A stretch of 63,432 nucleotides of DNA from a bacterium (GTDB taxonomy: Bacteria > Patescibacteriota > Gracilibacteria > UBA1369 > PNNO01), in NCBI GenBank assembly GCA_021158225.1, contig JAGGUZ010000015.1, forward strand, positions 1-63,432, read 5' to 3'. This document shows, piece after piece, positions 47,824 to 57,775 of the stretch; position 1 is the stretch's first letter, and every line of letters starts with the position of its first letter. The notes beneath the pieces were generated by a model. The model ran no database searches and had not been told where the DNA came from. It saw nothing but the letters and a program-made list of their open reading frames with translations. The position numbers were made by a program, and so were the translations under genes.

Positions 47824-48581
47824 TATTTTTTTCCTTTAGCAATTTTAAGGCTGAGGAGCGGGACAAAAATTATAAACAGTCCAATACATATCCACTGTGT
47901 AATTGTAAGTCCGACATATCTTGGATCAGAAAGAGTATCCAAGTCAATTGACCTTGTAAAGTCTATTAAAAATCTTGCAATTGCATACCAAACTATAAAT
48001 ATATAAGCCATCAAACCCTCTCTTTTAACGAAAGGTTTTAAAAGAATCAAGAAAAGAAAAAGTATTAACGCATTAATTGCAAGATATAAAGAAGGCTCGT
48101 TTCTTAAATCTCCTTGATAGTATGAACCCAGAAAAAATGAAGTTCTGCTTCCGATATTACTTCCAATTAAATAATCACCTATTCGTCCGATTGCAATAGC
48201 AAGTGCGGCGCCCGGGGCAATAATGTCAAAAGATTTCCAGAATGAAAGTTTTTTAAGTTTTGTGTAAGCCAAAACAGAAACAGATGCAAGGAGGGCGCCT
48301 CCTATAAAAACGAGTCCTCCATAATTCAATTTTATAATGCCAAGCCAATCATCTTTAAACATATCCCAGTGTTCACCTACATAAAACAGACGGCTCCCTA
48401 TAATTGCTGCAATAAATATTATGATGAAAATATCAATAAAATTTTCTGAATTCATTTTCTTCTTTTTTGCTTCTTTAACTGCCAGAAGTAATGCAAACAG
48501 CATTCCAACAGCAACCAAGAGGCCCCAGATTTGAATATTTACCGGGCCAATCCCAATACTTGAAAATTTTGAGAAGTCCAT
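47823..48581 (-). CDS. lgt: Prolipoprotein diacylglyceryl transferase (divergent)
   Basis: IGPVNIQIWG, IIGSRLFYV, GGLVFIGG, AIGRIGD, LY, RFLIDFTR; about 7 TM segments. Confidence 0.85.
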   Translation of the reverse strand: MDFSKFSSIGIGPVNIQIWGLLVAVGMLFALLLAVKEAKKKKMNSENFIDIFIIIFIAAIIGSRLFYVGEHWDMFKDDWLGIIKLNYGGLVFIGGALLASVSVLAYTKLKKLSFWKSFDIIAPGAALAIAIGRIGDYLIGSNIGSRTSFFLGSYYQGDLRNEPSLYLAINALILFLFLILLKPFVKREGLMAYIFIVWYAIARFLIDFTRSIDLDTLSDPRYVGLTITQWICIGLFIIFVPLLSLKIAKGKK

Positions 48582-48605
48582 ATTACTTTTTATGTTATAG
48601 GATTG

Positions 48606-49580
48606 TTATTGAAGAAAACTATCTATTACACTTTTCATTTTTTCGTACGGCACGGCTCCTCCTATAAAGTTATCGTTTACGAAGAATCCGGGAGTTCCGT
48701 TTACGCCGAACTCAAGAGCTTCATCTGTTTGAGCTTTTATTTTGTCTGCATACTTGTTTTCGCTTATACAAGTGTCGAAACTCTTATTTTTAATACCCAG
48801 TTTTTTTGCTCCATCATCTATAAAATCAGGAACTTTCTTATCTTTTAAATCAGCTTGATTATCCATTAAGTAAGCGTTCATCTCCCAGAATTTATCATGT
48901 TCACCCGCACATTCCGCAGCATTGGAAAGCATTTCGTCAGGTCCGCCTCTGTCGAAGTTCTTATATACATAACTTACTTTATCCGGATATTCTTCCATAA
49001 CTTTGTTCATAACATCTTTCATGTCTGCACAATGAGGGCATGTAAAACTGCTGTACTCAATTATGGTAACGGGAGCTTCTCCGGGGGTTGCACCTTCGTG
49101 TTGAGCATCGCCTGCTGTTGGAATTTGAAGATATTTATAAGGTTGTAATTTAACCATATATGTATCGCCTTCTTCCGTAAAAAATGAAGCTGACTTTGTA
49201 TAAAAATCCGTCTCGTCTATTTCTTTATCGAAAAATAAAACTGGGAGTGTTTTTAAGTCATAATCTTTAACATATTTTTTACCTTCATCGCTACTAATAT
49301 CTACATCCTTTATTTTTAACTCACGACCGATTTCATCTTGAAGTTTGTCCATATTCTTTGCAATATCATACGGAGGGTTTTCTATTGATGAATCTTCAAG
49401 AATTGCAACTCCTATTTTACTTGGACCTGTTTCTATGCCGAAAGTATTGTTAACGAAAGTCTTAAACGAAACGCTTTTGTCATATGCTATAAAAAGTCCA
49501 AGAATAATAACAAGAACAATCGAAGTTATCATCCAAGGATTTAATTTAAACTTCTTTGAGGTTTTTCTTTTTTTCGCCAT
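48606..49580 (-). CDS. Membrane-anchored DsbA/BdbD-like thiol-disulfide oxidoreductase
   Basis: N-terminal TM; APVTIIEYSSFTCPHC; AAECAGEHDKFWEM; GVNGTPGFFVN. Confidence 0.92.
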   Translation of the reverse strand: MAKKRKTSKKFKLNPWMITSIVLVIILGLFIAYDKSVSFKTFVNNTFGIETGPSKIGVAILEDSSIENPPYDIAKNMDKLQDEIGRELKIKDVDISSDEGKKYVKDYDLKTLPVLFFDKEIDETDFYTKSASFFTEEGDTYMVKLQPYKYLQIPTAGDAQHEGATPGEAPVTIIEYSSFTCPHCADMKDVMNKVMEEYPDKVSYVYKNFDRGGPDEMLSNAAECAGEHDKFWEMNAYLMDNQADLKDKKVPDFIDDGAKKLGIKNKSFDTCISENKYADKIKAQTDEALEFGVNGTPGFFVNDNFIGGAVPYEKMKSVIDSFLQ

Positions 49581-49647
49581 TTTTCAAAAGTTAAGATTGA
49601 TGCAATTGCACCTAATCTATAATATATCACTGCGCTCAATAGTCAAA

Positions 49648-51000
49648 TTAATACAACAATTCTCCGGGTGAGTATTTATCAAGATTTTTTTCGCCTATTT
49701 TACTTATTAGTTCATCTATTACTTGGTCGAATTTAACTATTTCTTGAGTTCCTTTTTCCATATTGCGAATAATAATTGTGCCTTCTCTTACCTCTGTAAT
49801 TCCGAGTATAAGAGTATATGGAACATTAAATTTATCAGCTAATTTTAATTGCTGTCTCATTGATCCTTTGCCAAGAGCTCCTATTGTTCTAATGCCATAT
49901 TCTCTCATTTCATCAATAAGTTTTAGGCATTTTTTCTTGGCTTCTTTTCCAAGTTGGGCGACAAAAACATGTATATTATCTTTATGCGGAACTCTAACTT
50001 TTTCACGTTTCATGTGTGCGATAATCCGTTCTATACCAGCGGCATATCCAACTGCCGGGGTAGGAAGTCCTCCCATTTTTTCAATTAAACCGTCGTAACG
50101 ACCTCCTCCTCCAATAGCGTTTTGAGCTCCTTCTTTTGCATCCCAGAATTCAAAAACGGTGTTGGAATAGTAATCAAGACCTCTAACTAGTTTTGGATTC
50201 TCTGTAAATGGAATATCTAGCTCGTTTAAATATGATTTTACATCCTCATAATATTCCAAGCTTTCTTTCGAAAGATAATCTGTCATTTTTGGGGCAAGTT
50301 CAGCCAAAATCATGCAATCTTCGTTTTTACAATCAAGCAGTCTTAATGGATTTTTTTGAAGTCTCACTTTGCAATGTTCGCAAAGAGAACGTTCTTTGTC
50401 ATAATAGTAATCTTTAAGAGCTTGGATATAACTTTTTCTGTCTTCAAGAGATCCGATTGTATTTAATTGAATATCAAAAAGTTTTTCAATTCCAAGATCT
50501 TCGTTAATCTTATTTGCGAGAAGAATTACTTGTGCGTCCAATGCCGCATCAAGTTCTCCAATAATTTCAAATCCGAGTTGCCAAAACTGCCTGTATCTTC
50601 CTTTCTGCGGGCGATCGTATCTAAAGTGAGGTTCTATATAATATAATTCTACAGGTTGCGGAAGCTGTTTCATGCCGTGTTCTATGTAGGCACGAACGAC
50701 TCCGGCTGTTCCTTCGGGTTTTAATGTTAAATTTCGTCCTTTTTTGTCCTCAAAAGTGTACATTTCTTTTTCAACGATATCTGTTGCGTCTCCTATGCTT
50801 CTTGCGAAAACATTTGTATATTCAAAAATTGGAGTTGAGATTCTTTTAAAGCCGGCTTGCCTAAGCCTGTGCCTGACAACCTTCTTGATGTAAGTGTAAT
50901 ACTCGTGATCGTAAGGAAGTATGTCGTGAACACCTTTTGGAGTTTGAAATGGTTTGATTTTAGATGGTAGAGAGGCTTTTTGATTTTTATCTCTTGTCAT
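49648..51000 (-). CDS. hisS: Histidine--tRNA ligase
   Basis: KEMYTF, LKPEGTAGVVRA, FRYDRPQKGRYRQF, LVRGLDYY, GGGRYDGL. Confidence 0.98.
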   Translation of the reverse strand: MTRDKNQKASLPSKIKPFQTPKGVHDILPYDHEYYTYIKKVVRHRLRQAGFKRISTPIFEYTNVFARSIGDATDIVEKEMYTFEDKKGRNLTLKPEGTAGVVRAYIEHGMKQLPQPVELYYIEPHFRYDRPQKGRYRQFWQLGFEIIGELDAALDAQVILLANKINEDLGIEKLFDIQLNTIGSLEDRKSYIQALKDYYYDKERSLCEHCKVRLQKNPLRLLDCKNEDCMILAELAPKMTDYLSKESLEYYEDVKSYLNELDIPFTENPKLVRGLDYYSNTVFEFWDAKEGAQNAIGGGGRYDGLIEKMGGLPTPAVGYAAGIERIIAHMKREKVRVPHKDNIHVFVAQLGKEAKKKCLKLIDEMREYGIRTIGALGKGSMRQQLKLADKFNVPYTLILGITEVREGTIIIRNMEKGTQEIVKFDQVIDELISKIGEKNLDKYSPGELLY

Positions 51001-51050
51001 TGTCGTTGATTAATGAGTTAGCTCATATAATATACTTTATTGTGATTAAA

Positions 51051-52079
51051 TCAAGTTTTGTAGGTCCTCTGTTTATTTTTCCCTCGAGTGGAACGGTAAA
51101 TCATTCGAATGCCATGTCTTGATGCGTGTGCAAGTCCGATTGAAATAAACACAAGGTCTCGGATTCTTATAATAAGGACAAAAACAAAAACATTTATTGA
51201 GACACCAAGCAGTGCGAATATTCCCGCGTGACTTCCTTCAAGCATTCCAAGTGCTCCGGGTACTGGAATTATATAAGAGATTCCCGGGATGGTTGCACTT
51301 ATAAAAGATTGTAAAAATGTTAATTTAACTCCAAGAAAAAGAGCAATTAAAAAATGTTCCAAAACCATAAAAAATACCGTACAAAATGATATAAACAGCA
51401 AAAATATGAACCTTTTTGCGTTTTGAGTGTAGAATTTCGCCATTTGTTTTTCGATATGTGCAATTGTCTTTTCGTTTTTTTTAATCCATTTTAATTTGTT
51501 CAGTCTTAAAAATTTTAGAATTGAGCTAAAAAAACCTATGTGTTTCATGGTTGCGTAATAAAACCAAAATATTATTCCACCAAAGAATATCAAGAATCCT
51601 ATTAACATAAGTTCCGCTTTCCCGCTAAAAATAGAACCTTCTATAATGGAAGCTATAATTCCCGAAAAAATAAATAGTATAAGAGCTGTGTATTCAAAGA
51701 CCTTGTCTATTACAGTAGATGATATTGCCGCTTTTGCTTCGACTCCTTCTTCTTGTAAAAAGAAGATTCTAACCGGTTCTCCGCCTGTTGTTGCGGCGGG
51801 GGTTAAATAACTTACCGCATAAGCTGCCATTCTATGAAGAAATAATCTGTAAAAAGGCACTTTATGTTTTTTGTCTTGATGACGTAAGATGATGTGCCAT
51901 CTTAAAGTAAATAAAGCAAAATTAAGAAGGGATAAAACAAGGAATATTATAAAATTTGCAAGGGAAAATGTAGATAGGCTTTTCCCGATTGAATCAAGTC
52001 CTGTGTTAAAAAGAACAGATAGAAAAAGTAATATGCCGGTTACCAAAAATAACAAGAAAAAGAATGTTCGTTTTATCAT
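51051..52079 (-). CDS. Lysylphosphatidylglycerol synthase TM / flippase-like membrane protein (UPF0104)
   Basis: About 8 TM segments; LRW, YLTPAATTGGEPVR, IDKVFE, PVPGALGMLEG. Confidence 0.85.
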   Translation of the reverse strand: MIKRTFFFLLFLVTGILLFLSVLFNTGLDSIGKSLSTFSLANFIIFLVLSLLNFALFTLRWHIILRHQDKKHKVPFYRLFLHRMAAYAVSYLTPAATTGGEPVRIFFLQEEGVEAKAAISSTVIDKVFEYTALILFIFSGIIASIIEGSIFSGKAELMLIGFLIFFGGIIFWFYYATMKHIGFFSSILKFLRLNKLKWIKKNEKTIAHIEKQMAKFYTQNAKRFIFLLFISFCTVFFMVLEHFLIALFLGVKLTFLQSFISATIPGISYIIPVPGALGMLEGSHAGIFALLGVSINVFVFVLIIRIRDLVFISIGLAHASRHGIRMIYRSTRGKNKQRTYKT

Positions 52080-52129
52080 AATATTACATTGAGCATTTTA
52101 GAAAAGCTTTACAAGTTTACCTAAAAATT

Positions 52130-53161
52130 CTAAAAAGTAAAATTCGCACTTGGTATAAGATTGCGAATTTTTTTATATCTTTCCTTGTTTTTTAAATACA
52201 TGAAGTATCCGCAAGATGCTATCATTGCACCATTGTCGGTACAAAATTCAATACTTTTCGGATATTTTATAGGGACTTTGTAGGGTTTAAAAGTTTCTTG
52301 TGTATATTTTCTTAAAAAAAGATTTGCGGATACACCTCCTGCAAGGTGAATTTCTTTTGGTCTATATGTATCGTAAGCTTTTAGTAAATTAGCTACAAGA
52401 GTTTCAGTAACTGTTTTCTGGAATGTAGCCGACATATTTGCAACGAACTCTTTACTTAAATCTGTAGGATTAAAATCTTTCCCGGCATGTGCTTGCACCT
52501 CGTAAAGTACGGCTGTTTTTAAACCGGAAAAACTAAAGTCATACGGACTATCCAGCTTTGCCTTCGGTAGTAAGAAACTTTCCGGGTCGCCGTTTTTAGC
52601 CACTTTCTGAATTGCGGGACCTCCCGGATATTCAAGACCCAGTAATTTTGCCACTTTATCAAAAGCTTCGCCGGCGGAATCATCGTGCGATTGGCCAAGT
52701 AATTCAAATGAGCCGTGGTCTTTCATAAGGATGAGGTCGTTGTGTCCTCCGGAAACTGTAAGAACTAATATCGGGAACTTGAAATCTTCATTTCTGTTGC
52801 ACCAATTTCCGTAAATATGTCCAAGAATATGATTAACTGGGATTAACGGTTTTTTCTTAATTAGCGCAAGCGTGGATGCGGTGAGTGATCCGGTTATAAG
52901 TGCGCTTATAAGCCCCGGACCTGGGACTCCGGCAATTGCGTCTATGTTGTTCCAACCGGTGTTTGCCTCTTTTAGAGTCTGCTCGATTACGGGAATTATT
53001 TTTAGAATATGTTCGCGTGCGGCAACCTCCGGTACAACTCCTCCGGTTTTTTTGTGAATGTTGATTTGTGAAGCTATCACGTTTGAAAGCACTTTATGGC
53101 CGTCTTCTACTACGGCAACAGCTGTTTCATCGCATGATGTTTCAATTCCGAGTATTCGCAT
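52130..53161 (-). CDS. tsaD: tRNA N6-adenosine threonylcarbamoyltransferase
   Basis: ILGIETSCDET, GGVVPEVAAREH, NHILGH, VSGGH, DDSAGEAFDKVA, FSFSGLKT, GGVSAN, CTDNGAMIA. Confidence 0.98.
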   Translation of the reverse strand: MRILGIETSCDETAVAVVEDGHKVLSNVIASQINIHKKTGGVVPEVAAREHILKIIPVIEQTLKEANTGWNNIDAIAGVPGPGLISALITGSLTASTLALIKKKPLIPVNHILGHIYGNWCNRNEDFKFPILVLTVSGGHNDLILMKDHGSFELLGQSHDDSAGEAFDKVAKLLGLEYPGGPAIQKVAKNGDPESFLLPKAKLDSPYDFSFSGLKTAVLYEVQAHAGKDFNPTDLSKEFVANMSATFQKTVTETLVANLLKAYDTYRPKEIHLAGGVSANLFLRKYTQETFKPYKVPIKYPKSIEFCTDNGAMIASCGYFMYLKNKERYKKIRNLIPSANFTF

Positions 53162-53293
53162 ATATCTTATAAAAAAGTGCAGTTTGTAGTATAATCAATA
53201 GTAAGGTAAAAACACAATAATGAGTTTGCTTTGCTCACGACTTCGCTCGCAATAGCATTTTGCTTGCAAAGAGACTCGCTAACTCCTCGCTGA

Positions 53294-54607
53294 ATGAAAC
53301 CGACCTCCATTAAAATTATTGAGAAGTTGCGTGCGCACGGGCATCAAGCCTATTGGGCGGGTGGTTGCGTGCGTGATATTTTGCTTGGGTATGAGCCAAA
53401 CGACTATGATATAGCTACTTCTGCCAAACCTAATGAAATTGAGAAGATTCTTGAAAATACGAAATCTGTTGGTAAAGAGTTTGGCGTTATTTTGGTTATA
53501 GAGGGTAAGCATTCTTTTGAAGTTGCAACCTTTAGGAGTGATTCAGGTTATTCCGATGGTCGTCGTCCCGATGCTATTTTGTTTACCGACGCAAAAGAAG
53601 ATGCGTTAAGGCGTGATTTTACAATAAACGGAATGTTTTACGATCCGCTAACCGATGAGATTTTGGATTATGTTGGAGGGCAAAAAGATCTTGATGCCGG
53701 GCTTATTCGTTTTATTGGCAATCCTCATAAAAGAATTTTGGAAGACCACTTAAGAATTCTTCGTGCTGTTAGATTTAAAAATCAGTTTGATTTCCAGTAT
53801 CATCCGAACACTTACAAGGCTTTAAAAAATCATGCGGTACTGGTTGAGAATGTTGTGGCTGAACGTGTTCAGTACGAATTAAACAGAATGATAGAGGGTA
53901 AAAATCGTACTCAGGCTTTCGAGGATTTAAGCGAGATTGGCATTTTAGGGCATGTCATTCCCGAACTTGAGGATCTCCATGGCGTTCCACAGCCAAAACA
54001 GTATCATCAGGAAGGGGATGTTTGGGATCATAGTTTGCGTGCTTTAAAAGAGTGTGACGATAACGCCTCGCGTGATGTTAAGTGGGCGAGTTTATTACAC
54101 GATATAGGTAAGCCTGACACTTTTAAACTAAAAAAGAGGATTAGATACGATCATCATGTTGAGAGGAGTAAAGAGATTGTTCATGATATTTTTACACGTC
54201 TCAAATTTCCCAAAAAGGATAGAAAGGAAGTGGAGTGGCTTGTCCTTCATCATATGATAATGGTTCCATTGGTAGAAATGCCGGATGGAAAGGCAAGGAA
54301 ATGGTTTTTAAAGGAGAATTTTCTTAATTTAATGCAGGTGTTTGAAGCCGATGCAAAAGGAATTATTCCCACAGATATGTCGCTTTACGATAAAATACTT
54401 GCTCGTTACAGAGCAGTTGTTAAGGATATGCCTGTTAAACCAAAACCGCTTATAACCGGGCGCGATGTGATGAAAATTTTACAAATTCCCCCGAGTGAAA
54501 AAGTCGGTAAGATTTTGGATGAAATATATGAAAAGCAACTCGCAAAAGAAATTAAAACAAGAGCTCAGGCGCTTTCTTTTTTAAAGACTAAATCTTTTGC
54601 AGATTAA
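53294..54607 (+). CDS. cca: CCA-adding tRNA nucleotidyltransferase with HD domain
   Basis: GGCVRD, DYDIAT, EVATFR, RRDFTING, EDHLRILRAVRF, YHQEGDVWDH, LLHDIGKP. Confidence 0.93.
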   Translation: MKPTSIKIIEKLRAHGHQAYWAGGCVRDILLGYEPNDYDIATSAKPNEIEKILENTKSVGKEFGVILVIEGKHSFEVATFRSDSGYSDGRRPDAILFTDAKEDALRRDFTINGMFYDPLTDEILDYVGGQKDLDAGLIRFIGNPHKRILEDHLRILRAVRFKNQFDFQYHPNTYKALKNHAVLVENVVAERVQYELNRMIEGKNRTQAFEDLSEIGILGHVIPELEDLHGVPQPKQYHQEGDVWDHSLRALKECDDNASRDVKWASLLHDIGKPDTFKLKKRIRYDHHVERSKEIVHDIFTRLKFPKKDRKEVEWLVLHHMIMVPLVEMPDGKARKWFLKENFLNLMQVFEADAKGIIPTDMSLYDKILARYRAVVKDMPVKPKPLITGRDVMKILQIPPSEKVGKILDEIYEKQLAKEIKTRAQALSFLKTKSFAD

Positions 54608-55748
54608 GTTCTTTGTATAAAGATTTTTTATAAGTCCAAAGGGCGCCAAATCCTATAAATACAGTTAGAATAGCAATAAGACCTCCGACAAGCGGAACTA
54701 AGCTTACTATCTCGATAATAAATATTCCAAGGGCACCGATACCGAATAATTTTCCTTTGGTCATTTTTTTTGGATTTATTAAAAGTCGTCCTATAAAAAT
54801 TCCGGCATAAATTTTTGCGAGATATATTGTAACAAGAAAAACGGCAAGTAATATGCCTGCAAGCGGAAGCCCGATGAGGGTTACTCCAAGCACTATTACG
54901 GATGCGATTGTACTTAAAGCTATTACAAGTCCAAGCCCCATGCTTCTCCAGGGATTAGATTTCGCAATATCGGCAGTTTTAATAAGTGTTTTAGGAAACA
55001 GCATTGTAAGTACAAACGCAATAATGACCATTGATAAATATCCGATAAATTTAAGGATAAAATATGCTTTATAGAAAAAATCTTTTATATTGCCTCCAAT
55101 ATCGGTTTGTTTTTTAACTATCTTGTTGTATTCGATAAATCCTTCTACTTGATCTTCGTGAAATTCGGCTTTTCGCAGTCCGTTATATATAAAATTCCCG
55201 TTAATTTTAGCTTTTTCCGTTAAAGCTATTGTGTCTTGCACTGTAACATCCACATCTCCGTAAACGCTACCGCCGAGTATAATTCTACCGCCTCCTCCTT
55301 TTATGTCTTCATTGATTGTACCGAGAATATTTGAGAATCTGTTGCCTAAAATAAGCGATCCACCTATAAGACTATCTGATGAGACATTTAACTGACCTCC
55401 TGTTGCAATTAAATCGTCTCCTATGTTTCCGTTTACAAAAATAGACCCGCCACCGATTCTTGCATCATCGATTACATCTCCATTTATTGTTATTTGCCCT
55501 CCGGCTACTACTAAATCGCCGTTTATGTTTCCATTTATTGTGGTTTGTCCCCCAACTACAAACAAGTCTCCGTCAATATTATTGTTTATTGTTATTACTC
55601 CACCGGCGATGTAAGCATCATCAAGAATTTCTTCGTCGGATGATAGCTCGTTATCGGCCAGAAATGTAACGGCTAAAGTTGTCGGAGTGCCGAAGGCAAT
55701 AAAAATACCGCACGAAATGAGTGTTATTAACAGGTTGCGTTTAATCAT
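54588..55748 (-). CDS. Bactofilin-like beta-helix repeat protein with a C-terminal multi-TM domain
   Basis: Signal peptide; repeated GG-x-ITINGxIxGDL units; four to five C-terminal TM helices. Confidence 0.8.
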   Translation of the reverse strand: MIKRNLLITLISCGIFIAFGTPTTLAVTFLADNELSSDEEILDDAYIAGGVITINNNIDGDLFVVGGQTTINGNINGDLVVAGGQITINGDVIDDARIGGGSIFVNGNIGDDLIATGGQLNVSSDSLIGGSLILGNRFSNILGTINEDIKGGGGRIILGGSVYGDVDVTVQDTIALTEKAKINGNFIYNGLRKAEFHEDQVEGFIEYNKIVKKQTDIGGNIKDFFYKAYFILKFIGYLSMVIIAFVLTMLFPKTLIKTADIAKSNPWRSMGLGLVIALSTIASVIVLGVTLIGLPLAGILLAVFLVTIYLAKIYAGIFIGRLLINPKKMTKGKLFGIGALGIFIIEIVSLVPLVGGLIAILTVFIGFGALWTYKKSLYKELNLQKI

Positions 55749-55781
55749 AGAGAAATTTAAGTTAGATTTATTTTATTATAG

Positions 55782-57158
55782 TTAGCGTATTTCCAGCTTG
55801 CAAATAATTTCTATATGATAAGTTTGTGGAAACATGTCAACAGGTTGGACTTCTTTTAACGAGTACTTGTTTTCGCAAAGTATTTTTAAATCACGGGCGA
55901 GTGTTCCCGGATTACACGAAACATAGATAATTCGTTTTGCTTTAATCTTTAACAAATGGTTGCAAAGTGCTTCTGTAAGGCCTGCTCTTGGAGGGTCGAT
56001 GATGACGATGTCAGGATTATCCTCTCTGCCTTCGATTATTTTAAAAGCGTCGCCAGCTTGATATTCAGCATTGGAAATATTATTTAAAAGTGCGTTTTGT
56101 TTTGCGTTTTCAATTGCGTTTTTGTTTAAATCTACACCAAAAATTAGCTTAGCTTTATGTGCGCAAAAAAGCCCAATTGTTCCTGTTCCGCAAAAAAGAT
56201 CGTAAACCGTGTCTGTGTGGCTTATTTCTCCAAGAGCAAGTACATGGTTATATAAAATCTCTGCTTGAAAAGTGTTTGTTTGGAAGAAGGCATCTGGCAG
56301 AATATGAAAAGATAATTTTTGATTATTGTTTATGTGTAATTCTTCAGTTAAATATGGTTTTCCATAGATATTTTCCCTTGTAAAAGTTGTCTTTGCGCCT
56401 TTTTTGGATATGTGTTTTGTAATGTAAATTGAAGTTGGATGTTGAATGTGCGAACTTCCTGTTAGAAGTTTTACAAAATCGTTTTTATATTCGAATTCTT
56501 CATGAGATGTTGTTAGGTTTATCAGCCTTTCTCCTGTCCTTTTCCCTTCACGGACGGTTAATGTTCTAAGTAATCCGGAGTTTGTTTTAAAATTATATGC
56601 CTTAAGATTTTTTTCGTCGGCAAAATTTTGAACAAGCTTAATTAATTCACCAATATCTTCACTTTCCAAATAGCACTCCTTTAAGTCAAAAACATCATAT
56701 CTGTACCCTTTTGGATGAAGTCCGAGATGAATCTTATTATCTTTGTTCATACTAAAAGTAAATTCCATTTTATTTCGATAATGCCATGGAGTTTTACATT
56801 CAATAATTTTTTTAACATGTGTGTCTGAAAAATTTCCGATGTGTTCAAGAGACTCTTTAACCTGTAATTCCTTAAATTCAAGCTGGTTTTTATAATCCAA
56901 GTATTGCATTGAACAACCTCCACATTCATTAAAATGTTTGCACCTTGGCTTAATTCTAATATCCCCAGGAGTTTGGATTTCTTCCATTTTTGCCTCTAGA
57001 AAATTTTGCTTTATTTTAGTAAGTTTGGCTAAAATTTTATCACCTGGAACAGTATTTTCTACGAATACAACTCGGTTGTCATAGTGTCCGATTCCGGCTC
57101 CACCAAATGCTATCTTGGTTATTTCGATCGATATTAGTTCGCCTTTCTTAAGTTGCAT
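55782..57158 (-). CDS. rlmD: 23S rRNA (uracil-C5)-methyltransferase RlmD
   Basis: TRAM domain, CKHFNECGGC, YRNKMEF, FFQTN, DLFCGTGTIG, DPPRAG, YVSCNP, DMFPQTYHIE. Confidence 0.96.
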   Translation of the reverse strand: MQLKKGELISIEITKIAFGGAGIGHYDNRVVFVENTVPGDKILAKLTKIKQNFLEAKMEEIQTPGDIRIKPRCKHFNECGGCSMQYLDYKNQLEFKELQVKESLEHIGNFSDTHVKKIIECKTPWHYRNKMEFTFSMNKDNKIHLGLHPKGYRYDVFDLKECYLESEDIGELIKLVQNFADEKNLKAYNFKTNSGLLRTLTVREGKRTGERLINLTTSHEEFEYKNDFVKLLTGSSHIQHPTSIYITKHISKKGAKTTFTRENIYGKPYLTEELHINNNQKLSFHILPDAFFQTNTFQAEILYNHVLALGEISHTDTVYDLFCGTGTIGLFCAHKAKLIFGVDLNKNAIENAKQNALLNNISNAEYQAGDAFKIIEGREDNPDIVIIDPPRAGLTEALCNHLLKIKAKRIIYVSCNPGTLARDLKILCENKYSLKEVQPVDMFPQTYHIEIICKLEIR

Positions 57159-57205
57159 ATATGGCGTTACAATAAAGTGCGTATATACTACATTAATTAT
57201 TTCGT

Positions 57206-57625
57206 ATGCTCCATATACAGATTATACAAGTTGGGAAAACGAAGGATTCATATTTTAGGCAAGCGGAGCAAGAGTATGTAAAGAGGCTTGGCAGGTATGG
57301 GAAAATCACTATTGATACGGTTGATAATGATGAGAAAATTCTTTCACGCATAAATAAAGACTCTTATGTAATTGCTTTGGTTATTAATGGCAAAGAATTT
57401 TCCTCTGAGGATTTTGCAGAGAAGTTGCGCCAAATTGAAAGAACCGGCCACATAAGTTTTCTCATAGGCGGGCCACATGGACTATCGGCAAATGTAATTG
57501 ATTCAAGCGATTTTTCGCTTTCTTTTTCCAAAATGACTTTTACGCATCAAATGATCCGCATTATTTTATTGGAACAGATCTATCGTGCAGGCACAATAAT
57601 TGAAGGGAAGAAATATCACTATTAG
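57206..57625 (+). CDS. rlmH: 23S rRNA pseudouridine-1915 N3-methyltransferase RlmH
   Basis: EYVKRL, FLIGGPHGL, SFSKMTFTHQMIRIILLEQIYRA, KYHY. Confidence 0.97.
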   Translation: MLHIQIIQVGKTKDSYFRQAEQEYVKRLGRYGKITIDTVDNDEKILSRINKDSYVIALVINGKEFSSEDFAEKLRQIERTGHISFLIGGPHGLSANVIDSSDFSLSFSKMTFTHQMIRIILLEQIYRAGTIIEGKKYHY

Positions 57626-57716
57626 ACTACCCGATTTTATGAGTATTCTACTGGTGAACTAGGTATGGACATATGCTAATGGAAGCAAATTCTTAAGCTT
57701 TAAAGGATATAAACTC

Positions 57717-57745
57717 TTGACAAAAACGGTTAAACTTGTTTTAAT
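57717..57745 (+). promoter_or_regulatory. Sigma70-type promoter
   Basis: TTGACA (57717-57722), 17 nt, TTTAAT with an upstream TG. Confidence 0.55.
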
Positions 57746-57775
57746 AATATTCTTTGTTAAATAATTAAGATAACT

